Assembly (NCBI GenBank): GCA_001643675.2
Contig: LSRY02000024.1
Location: 1,054,001 to 1,118,000 of the forward strand
Length of the DNA stretch: 64,000 nucleotides
Source: Monocercomonoides exilis PA203
Lineage: Eukaryota; Protista; Preaxostyla
Reading direction: 5' to 3'
Made by a program: the position numbers and the translations under genes. Of this stretch, positions 1 to 11,633 are shown piece after piece. The notes beneath the pieces are model-generated. The model made no database searches. It saw only the letters and a list, made by a program, of their open reading frames with translations, and had not been told where the DNA came from. Positions within the stretch are counted from its first letter, which is position 1, and each line of letters begins with the position of its first letter.

Positions 1-3000
1 AAAAACCTGACGATGAAGAATGTTGAGCTGGAAGGAGCAAGCGGATTGAGCATAACAAAGAGTTCAAGAAGAGAAAACAATGAAATTGAACAAAATATTG
101 TCATTGAGTGGAGTTTGTTTGAAGAAGTCACCCAGAACACAACAGATGATATTTCCATCATTCGGAACGAAATTGATGATAAGCCATTGAAAATTGTTAT
201 TAGAAACACAACGATGAAGGGATGTGGGGGAACGAGGTGTGGAAAGGGAGGAGGAATGTTTTGTGTGTTGAACGAGGGAGGAAGTTTTGACTGTTCGTTT
301 TGCACGATTTCCGAGTGCTTCTGCTCAACCACAGGAAGAGGCGGGTGGCTGTTTCTGGAATGCACCTCGACAGCCGAGCAGCCTCTGAATTTTGTGCTGT
401 CGAATATCACATTCAGAGACAACACCGCATTGAAGGGAAGAGATGCGTATGTTCAATGCCACTCAATTGAAACACAGATTGTTGAAGAGCAATTCCTTTT
501 GGATTTCAGAGCACCATTTGTGAAGGATCTTGCGGTGTGGGGTTGCACAACTGACTCGTTTGAAGGAGAAGAAGATCTATTGCTGAGGGTTGTAAAATAC
601 CAGAGTGAGACGATATTTGTGTCTTCAGTTGCAAACAATCACGGAGATAACAAGCAATGTGGAGAGTTTAACGCACCTTGTCGTTCATTGAATGCGGGTG
701 TTCAGCACATTATTCCTTCATCATACTCACAGCTACTGATCTCAGAGGAATCGGTAATCAATAGGGGATGTGATGCTCGTGATGTGATCATTCGCTCATT
801 AAAATCTCCTTCAGTTGCCTTGGTGTATCTGAACTCAACAATTGGTGATGATGAAGGCAGTCTTATCAGGACATCGGGAAACGTTAGGATTGAAAGATTG
901 AAATTCAGCGTTGGTCAGTTGTTTTCGTATTCAGGCAGTTCAATCATTCATGAAGCAAACGGACAACTTTCTCTTTCATTTGTTGATTTTTCTTCAATTG
1001 GAGAGTCAAATGGTATTGAAGCTGTTGTTCTGAATTCATCATTGCTGAGCATTGAAAGTGGAATTCTTCACATTGACAACTGCTCAGTGTCACTCCTTTC
1101 ATTCAAGAAGCCTTCATTTCTGTTGAGTGGAGATGAGATTTCGTTGACGAATGTGAAACTGGAAAAGATTGAATCAATAGCAAGTGTTTTTGAGCTTGGG
1201 CAATGTGGGGGTGTTGTGTTTAATGGAGCATGTGCAGATGGAGTGAAGCTGTCAGAAGGCTGTATCATTGGGATTAGCAGCTCAACCTCAGGAACAATTT
1301 CTATTGGAAGCACCTCATTCAAGAACTGCTCGAGGAATTCGGAAGGAGCTTCAGTTCTCTCTGCTTCTTCATCTTCTGCTGAAATCGTTCTTTCAAATTG
1401 TTCTTGTGAAAGCTGCAATTCTCTGTCTGACAAAGGAGGCATTATTGATGTTAATGAACTGAGGAATGTTTCAATGAACTTGTGCCAATTTTCAGGAATG
1501 GTTGCCAAAGAAAGTGAAAGCGGGAATGATAACGCATTTGAAGAAATATGTGAATGGAATGGATCGCTTGTCCATTCTGAAAACTCCGATTTACAGATGG
1601 TTGAAATTAAAATAGAGAATTCATCGAAAGGAGGAATATCGATAAAAGGAGGAAAGACTGTAATCGAGATGGGAATGCTGGCAAATAACAATCCTTTCAT
1701 TGAAAAATACCCTTCTCTTCGGCAGAATATTATTTGTTCAGATTCTGCCTCACTGACCATTTCGAGCTTGAAAGGTGGAGATGGAGTGAAGGATGACTCA
1801 TCAATGTGGATTTTGAATGATGGATGTGATTTGAGAGGGATAGCAGGAGAAAGGGCATCTCCTTTGTTCATTCCCAGACTGGAAGAAGTTTCTGTGAATG
1901 AAAGTGGAAGCAACATTGAATTGAAATTCAAGGGTTTACTTCTTCTTCCTTGTGATCTATCGTTCAGGCTTGAGTATAACACAGGGGATGTAGAATTGGT
2001 TGAGACATATGAATTTGAGGAAAGCAGTTTTGTGTCAGAAACAGAAGTGATAGGCACGATTCCTTCAGACAAGATAACAACGGTTGCGGATGAGACGGAG
2101 GTATCTGTGATGATTTTGTTTGGCGAGAAAGATGCACCATCTTCAACAGAATTATGTATTGTGAAAAATAGGAGTGACGGAGTCGCAAGCGAAGGAGTGG
2201 TGGCGAAAGAAAATAAGAAAACTGAATGGAGCTTGATTGCTTTTATTGCTGTTGCAGTTGTGCTTGTTGTTGTGGTTCTAACTTTTGTGGCAATTTGTGG
2301 GATTCGCGGAAGAAACGGGATTGCCAATGGAAAACGATGGAGCGAAACAGATACCGGAAATAAGAGCACAACAGCAGACTCTGAAGAGGAGAAAAACGAA
2401 GAAGAGCACGAGGGAGGCTTGGAGTTTATTGAAATGCCGAGTGAGCTCCAAGAAGGAGTGACAAGTGAGAGTCAGTTGCTGATTGAAGAAGAGTCAAGCC
2501 GGCTATTGAAAGCGGACGAAATAATGAATAGAAATGGAGTTCGGGCTGATAATTTAACAGCATTTTGCTCGGGCAACTTTGCCGAAGCCCAGACAGTTTT
2601 CCCAGTTTTGGTCGATCAGAAGGATGGCAACGCAGTGGTGGGTTTTTCTAATGGAGGTGGTACAGATTTGAAGAAAAAGAAAAAGAAAGAAAAGAAAAGA
2701 AAAGGCAGAAAAGAAAATCTAGAAAGCAAAGAAAATGATTTGGAGGCAACATACGATATTGAAGAAATTGAGAATAGAAAAGTGCAATTTAGCGAAATAA
2801 AGACGACATCAGAGAGATTTAGACGATCGAGCGAAGAAGAAATTCAAAAAGAAAAACTTGTTGAGAACAGTCACGTGTCTTGCAAGGAAACTAATTTGGG
2901 TTTTTCGGACTTTGGGGATGAGCAAAATGAGATGAAAGATTTTGCTGTGAATAATTCGAGCGTTTCATTTGAGGGCTCGGGAGAAATTGCGGATGCAGCC

Positions 3001-3249
3001 ATGGCAAATGAAGGTCCGATTGCTAAAGATTCGAAAACATCTGTGCTCCTAAATGAAGTGTTTGAAGCGCGTGGCAGTGGAGCCTCAACGGATTTTTACA
3101 ACGCTGAGGAAGGGATTGTTGATGGACGATTTGAAGATTGCGAGATAATCAATCAGGAAGAAAAGGTTCAAAAGAAAAAGAAGAAGAAGAAAAGGAAGCA
3201 AAAACACGAAAATATAGATGTAGTTGATCAAATGGTCGATGAAACCTAA
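1..3249 (+). CDS. Pmp-like Cys-rich type I membrane surface protein, copy 1 (5'-truncated by the window edge)
   Basis: The frame is open from base 1 (KNLT-MKNV, matching RIKNLTMKNV inside the paralogue at 51790-59247). It has GGG/CxxC beta-helix-like repeats, one TM helix (WSLIAFIAVAVVLVVVVLTFVAIC) and a charged tail with poly-Lys tracts. Confidence 0.85.
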   Translation, partial: KNLTMKNVELEGASGLSITKSSRRENNEIEQNIVIEWSLFEEVTQNTTDDISIIRNEIDDKPLKIVIRNTTMKGCGGTRCGKGGGMFCVLNEGGSFDCSFCTISECFCSTTGRGGWLFLECTSTAEQPLNFVLSNITFRDNTALKGRDAYVQCHSIETQIVEEQFLLDFRAPFVKDLAVWGCTTDSFEGEEDLLLRVVKYQSETIFVSSVANNHGDNKQCGEFNAPCRSLNAGVQHIIPSSYSQLLISEESVINRGCDARDVIIRSLKSPSVALVYLNSTIGDDEGSLIRTSGNVRIERLKFSVGQLFSYSGSSIIHEANGQLSLSFVDFSSIGESNGIEAVVLNSSLLSIESGILHIDNCSVSLLSFKKPSFLLSGDEISLTNVKLEKIESIASVFELGQCGGVVFNGACADGVKLSEGCIIGISSSTSGTISIGSTSFKNCSRNSEGASVLSASSSSAEIVLSNCSCESCNSLSDKGGIIDVNELRNVSMNLCQFSGMVAKESESGNDNAFEEICEWNGSLVHSENSDLQMVEIKIENSSKGGISIKGGKTVIEMGMLANNNPFIEKYPSLRQNIICSDSASLTISSLKGGDGVKDDSSMWILNDGCDLRGIAGERASPLFIPRLEEVSVNESGSNIELKFKGLLLLPCDLSFRLEYNTGDVELVETYEFEESSFVSETEVIGTIPSDKITTVADETEVSVMILFGEKDAPSSTELCIVKNRSDGVASEGVVAKENKKTEWSLIAFIAVAVVLVVVVLTFVAICGIRGRNGIANGKRWSETDTGNKSTTADSEEEKNEEEHEGGLEFIEMPSELQEGVTSESQLLIEEESSRLLKADEIMNRNGVRADNLTAFCSGNFAEAQTVFPVLVDQKDGNAVVGFSNGGGTDLKKKKKKEKKRKGRKENLESKENDLEATYDIEEIENRKVQFSEIKTTSERFRRSSEEEIQKEKLVENSHVSCKETNLGFSDFGDEQNEMKDFAVNNSSVSFEGSGEIADAAMANEGPIAKDSKTSVLLNEVFEARGSGASTDFYNAEEGIVDGRFEDCEIINQEEKVQKKKKKKKRKQKHENIDVVDQMVDET

Positions 3250-4010
3250 AAGTGTAATGAGAATCAAGCATTGATTGAACAAAAAAATTGTTTTTCCTTC
3301 AAATTCACTGAATTTTCGATACAAGTTTAATTGTTCAATTTTCAGTTAATACATCTATTCATTTCGATATTAATAAAAGAAACTGTTTCTATTTTGGAGG
3401 CAATGTGTATTTGATAGTTGCGTGCTCAATTTTTCAAAAAGAAACATTCCTATTTATGCTGCGAAAAGTTGTCTTTATCATGTATATTTTTGTACAAAAT
3501 AATTTCTCGTTTTTTCGTCAATGAACAATTCAAGGATCTTCCTGTATTTTTCCCTAACAAGATTGCTTTATTTTCCATTTCATTCTTGTTTTATCATTTA
3601 TTAAGCTTTTCCATTTGGGATTTATCATTTACGTTGGAAATGATTTGCTTCTCAAATAGATGGATTTTGTTCATCTGATCTTTGAAGATTATTTTTGACT
3701 TCAAAAGATAAATTTTGAATAAAGCTTGGACAAAGGGAACAATTTGAAAGTTTCAAATATATTCTATAACACTTTGTATAATCTGAAATTGAATATTTAT
3801 CTTCACATATCCTTTTAAATTCAATGGAAATGTTTGTTTCGTGAAAAAAAAAACAGTCACTTTGATTTTATTGAACAAATGCAATCTAATTCAAATCAAA
3901 ACCCTCCACAGAATTTTTCACATCGTATTTTGTTTGATAAAATTTAATTTTAATTGTTCTTTTTGTGAAAGTCTCATCAAAGAAAAAAATACTTTAATCG
4001 CATTGGAGTT

Positions 4011-7000
4011 TTAGGTCCGAAGCTGTTTATCAAAAGTCCAAGGATACTTTGTATGTGCAGATGTCATTTTAAATTGAACTGAAGCCCATGTGGCTTTGTT
4101 TGTGTGAAAATAACGGCAATGATTTTCGCGGTATAATCGTTGAGCAGATGAGAAAAATGGCTTCGAACAGAAAATATTATTCTAAGGAGACAGGGATCAA
4201 ATAAACACAAAGAACAGATGGAATGGGGAATAAATAAAAGAGAGCAAAAAAATTGTTATTGAAACATACGCATGAAAAAGAAAAAGGCGTAATTGTTGGA
4301 GTGATTGAGTATCTTCGCTTCAGTTGGACATCAAGTGGAACTTCGAAAAATGGAGGAGGGTTCTTCAGAAATTTCTGCTCCCCAAAAATGTTCCTCAGTT
4401 TTTTTGTTTTGCGATTAACTCGATGCTCAGGCAAATGGAATGAAGCAGAGTCTGGAGAATTCTGAAAAAATTCATTCACATTTTCACATGGATCAAAAAT
4501 CACATCAGAAACATTATGAGGTATTGAAGAAGTGCTTGCTGTAGAACAGAACTCTTTTGCATTGCCAGATGTTTTTTCGTTTCCATTCTCAATCCAAACA
4601 TAGTGACAATCACTCTCGCATTCTTGCTGCTCGATTCCTGCATAGAACAATCCAGAAAAAGAACTCTCGAAATCTGACAGCATTTGCGTTTCATATGTTC
4701 CAGATGAAAAAGGATGTGTTATCAACAACGGAGCAAAATCGATCTTTGAGCATGGAAAGTTCATCAACTGAAATTTTTTAATTGAATTTACAAACGAAGT
4801 TGGAAAAAAATTAGAGTTTGTAAACGCAGTTGGAGATGTAGATGTTGGGAAAAGTGGATTAGCAAATTGAATATTAGCTTCATACTGAGACCGTAAATCG
4901 TTCGAGACTGAGGAAGAAAGCAAAGCAGGGGAGTGTTCCTCATGAGTAGCTGAACGAGATAGCTTGCTGCTTGCGGGAGAGGGAAGTGGAGATGGTGAAG
5001 ATGAAAAGGAAAGCAATGAAATTTGAGGAGAGCAACGATCTGAATGAATGGATGGACAATGAGATGACGTTGCAGTGGTTAAGGAGCATGATTCAGAAGT
5101 GTCTTTATTACGATCCAACTTTGTCAGCGATTCCAATGGCGATGAAAGCAACAACGGTGATGACGCAGCTGTGGATAAGGGGAAAGTTCTAGTTGCATCA
5201 GAAAGTTGATGAATTCTGTCAATTCGAATGACAAACTTTTCATCCAGTTGAGTGAAATTATCTGGCTCTGCAAAATGTGTTGAAGATGACTTATTTTCAC
5301 CATCAGAAATACTCTGCAGCGCTTCTTCTTCTTCTTCTTCTTCTTTTCTGATCTTCCTTTCGTTTTGTGCCTTTTTCTTTGCTTTGACTCTGTTCCTCTG
5401 CTGCATCAGCAGCTCCAGTTGGGTCATTTCCCGTTCTTTGGCTTTGCGTGCGTATTTTTCTTGCTTTCGGTTCAGTCGATCTAAAAGCTCGATCATTTTC
5501 TCTTCGCCAATCTGATCTTCGCTTATCGTTTTGAGCAACGTCTTCAGCTCTTCAATCGTTTGAAACCGTTCGTTCGCAAAGAAATCGAGTTCTTCTCTTC
5601 TTTCGCTTTTCTTTGCTTCGTTTCCCTTTTTATTTAATTCAACGATATTTGAGTGAACATCTGTCCCTTTTTCCACTTCTTTTTGTTTCTCCACACTAAA
5701 ATTATGTGCTTCTGAAACATGATATTCTTCACCTTCTTCCATTTTTGTTCCATTTTCTTTCTTAAAAAAATCGGCATTTTTCCTTTCAAGCTTTTCTTTC
5801 AGCTTTTCTTCGGTTCTGCGCCACACTTCTTCCTCCTCTTTGTCCAGCATCTTTTCTTTGCGCACCCAAATCCCAAAAATACGATGAAATTCCTTTGCTT
5901 CTTTGATCTGATGCCGAATCATTCTCCTTCTTCTTTCAAATTGGCGTTGCTTTCTCGTCTTTTTTTCTGACGTTTTGTCTTCTGTCTCGTAAATGTTAGA
6001 GTCGTTTCTTTTATCGATATAATTATCACCTTCTGCTCCTCTCCTTCCTTCTTCAACATCTTCCTCGACTTCCTCTTCTCCTGTGTCTGCCTCCTCTTTC
6101 TCCCTTCTTTTCTCCATCTCGTCCTGCATCTTCCACTGAGATGTCATCAGCATCTGTGCACCAACAGCCGAGTTCGACTCTTTGACTCCATCAATCTCAA
6201 AATCAAAGTCAGATGAAAGCCCCGCTAACTTCTTGCCTGCTCTGTTCCAATGGACAATGTTGTGCTCAAGCAGCGGATCGAGCAGAGAAGATTCTGAAAA
6301 AGAAAGTGAAGCATCTGAAGATGAACAAGAAGCAAATGAGGAACATGAACGCTGTGGATAGGATGACGATTTCAGCGGAAGCTGATGAATAACAGAAGAG
6401 TCAGTTGAAGTAAATGTTGAAGTTTGGACTGATATTGGTGATGTTGTTGTTGCAAAGTCATCTGCAGATTGTTTAATAGCGTTTGTTTCGTCATAAACGG
6501 TGGACTGTTCAAAAGGTATTCGAATCGTTTTTGAAGGAATTTCCGAATGTGCTTGAACAGCTTCAGCATCGAACTCAATGATTTCTTCTTGTCTGTATTC
6601 TTTGTTCACAGTATTCATTGTATTCTCTTTACGATAGATTGCTGCATTTCCCTCTCCACTTGATTCTTTCTTGCTTTTCATTTTTGTTAGTGCAGAACCA
6701 AGAATGTTCAATAACTGTAGCAAAGTCATATCTACCAAGCGATCTTTTTCTATCAGAAGTTGTTTGTCATTAACAAGCGTGTGGCATTTGTTTGAAATTT
6801 TATTGGGAGTTCCAGCGTGATTGTGTTCATGTGAAAAATTATGAGAAGCTTGAAAAGCTTCCCTTTGGCTTGCTGAACGTTTCATTTTGTTAGTTGCAAA
6901 GTTCATGCGCATTGTATCGCTTTCAATCGTTTTTTCTTTCAAAAGATTGTATTTGATCTCGTGACCTTCCAACGAAGATGTTATGGTTATATCGGGAATT

Positions 7001-7461
7001 GTTCGGGCGTCCACTAAATCTTTCAAGTTTTTCTCTAAAACAAAAATTTCAGATAATAATTATAAAAATCTTTCCGCATACTTTCGGTATGCTCAGGGTA
7101 TCTAATCGCAAATTCTTTTGTGCTTGAAACGCACAAGCAAGTTTTCTCATTGTCTTTTCCCAAAGAAAAAGGAGAAGAAGATTCTGAATACAAACGTGTT
7201 TGATTTCCTACAAATAAACAATTTTTTGTGAATTTTCGGATGAAAGGCATAAAAATAATGAGGTTAACCAATATCAGTTCGTGCAGGCTGACTGTATGTG
7301 TTACAATCAGGCGCAGATGCAGCTAACGATCGAATCAGAGAATTTGAAAAAGACTTTGTTGAATTCTCTAATAATGTTAAATTCGAAATATAGTGACAAG
7401 AATTCGTCGCCAGATTGGTTTCGAGTACTTTTTGGCTTCTATTATCTTTTAATCCTTCCAT
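4011..7461 (-). CDS. Hypothetical protein with Glu/Lys-rich and Ser-rich low-complexity regions, 4 exons
   Basis: ATG at 7461. Inferred GT-AG introns 7208-7268, 7035-7081 and 4182-4269 join three track ORFs and a last exon (NNIFCSKPFF...DKQLRT*) in frame. No recognisable domain. Confidence 0.65.
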
Positions 7462-7644
7462 TTTGGATCATTTGTTATTCAATATTTTGTTATGGTCAAG
7501 TTTTCAAAAGACAACGACTCTATGTTTCACAATTTTTTGTGTAATTGTTCAAAACATTAGACAAAATAAAATTCAACATTTAAAAGTGAAATGAATGTTT
7601 GAGGAATGTTCAAAATTTTTTCTTTTAAAGCCTTTTCACTAAAA

Positions 7645-10600
7645 TTACTTCATCATTTTTAAAATGATAATTAATAGCAATAAAAGGAATATGAAATTCC
7701 CTCTTTTTGTCAAAAATCGGAAATCGAATGGATCAGAAGATAAAAATCCCGCAAAATTGGAGACAATGGGTATTGAAGCTGTGGCGATGGGAGTGAATGC
7801 TTTTCGGAATAAGTTGTTTAAGTTGTGGCAAACATATTTGTTGGCTTTAACCAATAAGCTGAATTCTAAAAGAACAAATCATTCATTGTTCAAAAATAAA
7901 TTTAAAATTAACAGGTCATAATAATAATAATAATAAAAGAGGAAAATCAGAGTTAAATAAAAGCTTCACATATGAATAACATCCAAAAGCACACCATCTG
8001 AACGAGGAGGGTCGTACAGTGTCATTTGGCGTGGTTGCGCAAACGGCATTCTCTGATAGGGTCCCTTTGTCTCCTCTGGCGATGCAGGAACTTCGTCTTC
8101 TTCAATGAACGCATTCCAGAACTTCTGCACACGCAGCACAAACCTCTGAAAAGGAGGATATTTTCGTGAGTCCTCTGCGAAATTGCTGTTATCATCTGTA
8201 TCGTCGTCGTCATCTGTGTCTTCTTTCTCTCCTTTCGGCTCGTCTTTTTTCTTGTCTTTTCTGCGCACGTCTTTGACGTTGTCTGCAATGTTGAAGAGAC
8301 TGCACGTGAACTGGCTCAATGAGCGTGACACTTCGGGTGAAAAGTCTCCGCACTTTTAATTTAATAAAATGTGAGTAATATTCAAATGGAAATGAAAGTT
8401 GAAATACAAAATATAACATTTTGTTTTGAATAGACATTGAGAAAAAAAAACAATCGTTTATTTAAAAAAGAAAAACAATATTTAGAATTAATTACAAACC
8501 ATATGAACAGAGTGAATGAAGTCACTAGCAAGCTGCACGTATTGCGGTGAAAGTAACGGTTGATATGAAACAGTCAGCGGAAGAGCACCAAGTTTGACAG
8601 ATTGAAGTGCATTGGATTTTCGAAGAGAAGATGATGAGGAAGAAGAAGACGAAGCCGATGAATTCGATGAAGTGGATAATGAAGAAGGATAAGAAGAAGA
8701 AGGCAACGATTGTGAATACAACAGAGAAGATGAATCTGAAAGCAAAGAAGTCGACATGCTCGACAGTAGCGCCGTCCGCATCGAGTTCAGCAGCTCTGCC
8801 TCCTGCGACTTCTGCCCAAGCAGAATGGAATAGCAGCTGAGCCGCCCCAGATGCGACATCAGCAGCAGCGTCATCGTCCGCTCCTCGCCATCTCTCGCTG
8901 TGTCCACCACAGCACGGAGGATGTTGTCTGCGTTGATCTGCGCAGCAAGTGCAGCTGCTGTGGAAGACGATGTGTGCCCCATCGATTGGCCTCCCAATCT
9001 CATCCCTTGTGGCTGCTGTTGCGAATAATAGAAGCTCTGTTGCATTAACTGCCCTCCTCCTCCTCCTCCATATCCTCCAAAGCCAAATCCAAACCCTTGC
9101 CCCATACCTCCTCCTCTCCTTCCACTCCATCCTCTCTTCCTCTCCTCTGCCTCTGCTACTTCTGCCTCTTCTTTTATGCACAGCTCTCTGATTGCTGTCT
9201 GGATCATATCGGCTGCCCGCCTCAAAATGCCTTCGTTTGCGCGGATCAGATGCATCACGGAGAAAACAATTGCAAATGCGTCCTTCAGCACAGCCGCAGA
9301 CAAGTAGCACTTCGACTTCAGCATGTGCGTGGAAATACTCAGAAAGATGGGGAAGATGTCGCGATAGAGAAAGTAGTAGTGAGAGATAAAAGCAAGCCAT
9401 GGTGTACATCCTGGAATGATGCTCTGGTTAGACAGGTTAGAAAGAGTGGATGTTGATGGAGATGATTGTAATTGAGGCGAAGAAGAAGACGGAGAGAGAG
9501 AAGAAGCAGATGCTGATTCTAATGGTGATGCTGAAGGTGATGCGGCAAGCATCCCTGCTGATCCTGGCATCTTCACACCCAACTTCTCCAGCTGCGCAGA
9601 AGAAGACGGAGAAGGCGCCAAGAAATATGTCGTGGGCGAGGCAAAGGGAGACATCGAAGGCGACACCAAAATCGGCTTCTTTTCTGTCTCTGTCAGCCGC
9701 ATCCGCTGCAAAAGCGCCCACGGCTCGATGATTGTGATCCACAGGTCGAACATCGTTGTGATGCTGTCTTCGTACTGCCTGCAGTCGTCTGAACTGTACC
9801 GATCGAACACAGGCTGTGTGGTGTTGGTGGCTGTTTGTGGGTTGAATTGATACGAAGAGAACTGGGCACATGCTTGGGCCGTGTCAAACAAGGCAGGGAG
9901 GAACGAGGGGAGGTCCTTCTTTGCGTTGTATGAGGAGATGTACATTTCTGGGTGCAGTCTAAGTCTGTCTCGGATGTCTGACGAGTAGAAGGCATCACGA
10001 CGCTCTTTGTACATCTGCGAGTACTGCATCGACGGCACTACACGGCACACTGCAAACAGGAGTGAGTAGTACAAATAGAGAAAGTAGCACTCGAAGACGA
10101 TGGTGGCAGCAGGTGACGTGGCCCAGCCTTTGAAGGTGTCGTCGAGCATGATGTAGTTGATGAAGAACTGAAGCAGAAGGAGGGAGTCGGGACTGGGGAG
10201 GATGTCAACAAAGGGCGATACGTACATGTTGAAGTAGAAGAAGAGGAAGTAAAAGATGTAGTTGCACGTCAGGCTGGTCGATGGTGCAAATGAGAGGCGA
10301 AGTGTTGGCTGAAAAAGTGAGGATGAAGATGGTGATGAAGTTGATTGTGCTGAAGAAGAAGTTGAAGTTGAGGAAGGAGCAGGAGAAGTGAGAGTGCGAT
10401 TGACTGTTCCTGCGAATGTCTGGACAGCAGGGAGAAAAGAAGGGTATGTCAGTTGTGTGTATCCAGCATAGCTTGAATGCAACGCTGGATGCGAAGAAAA
10501 AAGAGAGGCAGAGTTGAGCGAAGAGCCAGAGCCGGACGACATCAGCGACGAGGAAGAAGAACCTGAAGAAGCCAGTGTTCCAGAGGTTGATAACGATAGG

Positions 10601-11573
10601 TTTTGCACAGGAAGCGGAGGGAATTTAGCGACTTCGTTTGTCATAAGCTCTCCAAGAACAAGCCGCTGCCCTTCAGACAGCTGATGGTTGCTACGCTGCA
10701 TGAAAAATACATGATATTCCACAAACAGAATGTATGCTGGAGATTTTCCGAGCATCATGTCGCTTTTCGGAGAAATTCGGACAAATGGCTGTGGGTTTCG
10801 AAGGTCCATCAGAATTGTCTTCTTGGTAAGAGGCCTTCTTCTGCCTGAAGCCCGAGATTGTCCCGTCTCAGACATCCGACTTACATATCGCATAAAAGAC
10901 GCAATATAAAAATCCAAAGGAGGAAGCATCAAGACATTTGTTGACCCTGGAATTGTTTGCAGCATGCGTTGAAGCTTGGCGCAGTTTTCGGGCTTTGTCA
11001 AATCTGCTGGGCACTGTTGGTTTGATAAATACTGCTGAAAAGATTGTGGTGCAAGTGGTGCTATCAATGCCTCAACGCATGCGTTCCTCTTTTAAATAAT
11101 AAGCAAGGTTAAAATAAAAACAAATCAGTTTGAAAACCTTTTGATTGCTAAGATCAAATGGAAATCGAAGAAGCGGACTCTGATTGTACTTGAGAAGAAG
11201 TTGGAAAAAGCGAGAGTATGGAGAAAGCATTGCAATTAAGCGATCAGATCCAGGAGCTTGATTCGCAGCAACATTCAACCATGGTCTGCATTTCAAATAA
11301 AGTATTTTTTTAAAAGCAAAATAAATTGCAAGTTGCGAAAAACAATTTTTAAAAATGAAACTTAAAAAGGTATAATATTAATATTAATTCACACTCAAAA
11401 GGTTTATTATCTTCGAAAATGCTTCTAACAATGTACGAAAGCTGTTCATTTAAAATTCCTGTTTCTATCTCTGTTATTTTTTGAACCGGAATAGTGCCCA
11501 CATTTTGCGGTATAACAATCAAAGACTCAATCCAGTCAATGAAATTATTGAGTGTAGGCCCTCCAGTATGCAT
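7645..11573 (-). CDS. SMPD4: SMPD4 / neutral sphingomyelinase-3-like tail-anchored protein, 5 exons
   Basis: Inferred introns 11286-11394, 11089-11137, 8353-8499 and 7866-7994 keep frame. Motifs are collinear with the SMPD4 family as I recall it: LSPYSRFFQLLLK..LRFPF, LPPLDFYIASF, FDLWITIIEPW, PWLAFISHYYFLY, PPRSDEFSLLVK (formed across intron 4), and DFRFL followed by a C-terminal TM helix. Confidence 0.65.
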
Positions 11574-11633
11574 CAAAATTAATACTTAAAAAATGTTAAA
11601 CCTAAATTGTGGGTGTATCAAAAGAATTTTTAC
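11574..11633. promoter_or_regulatory. Putative 60-bp bidirectional promoter
   Basis: Only 60 nt lie between the divergent ATGs at 11573 (-) and 11634 (+). Confidence 0.5.

Noticed and set aside
430-1980. DGR-like adenine-specific mutagenesis between the paralogues
   Set aside because: Differences involve all bases and many are synonymous. No reverse transcriptase is present in the window.
1068-2369. 433-aa antisense ORF, and its 453-aa counterpart at 52610-53971
   Set aside because: These are shadows of the sense gene's codon usage. They have no domain features, and their conservation follows from the duplication.
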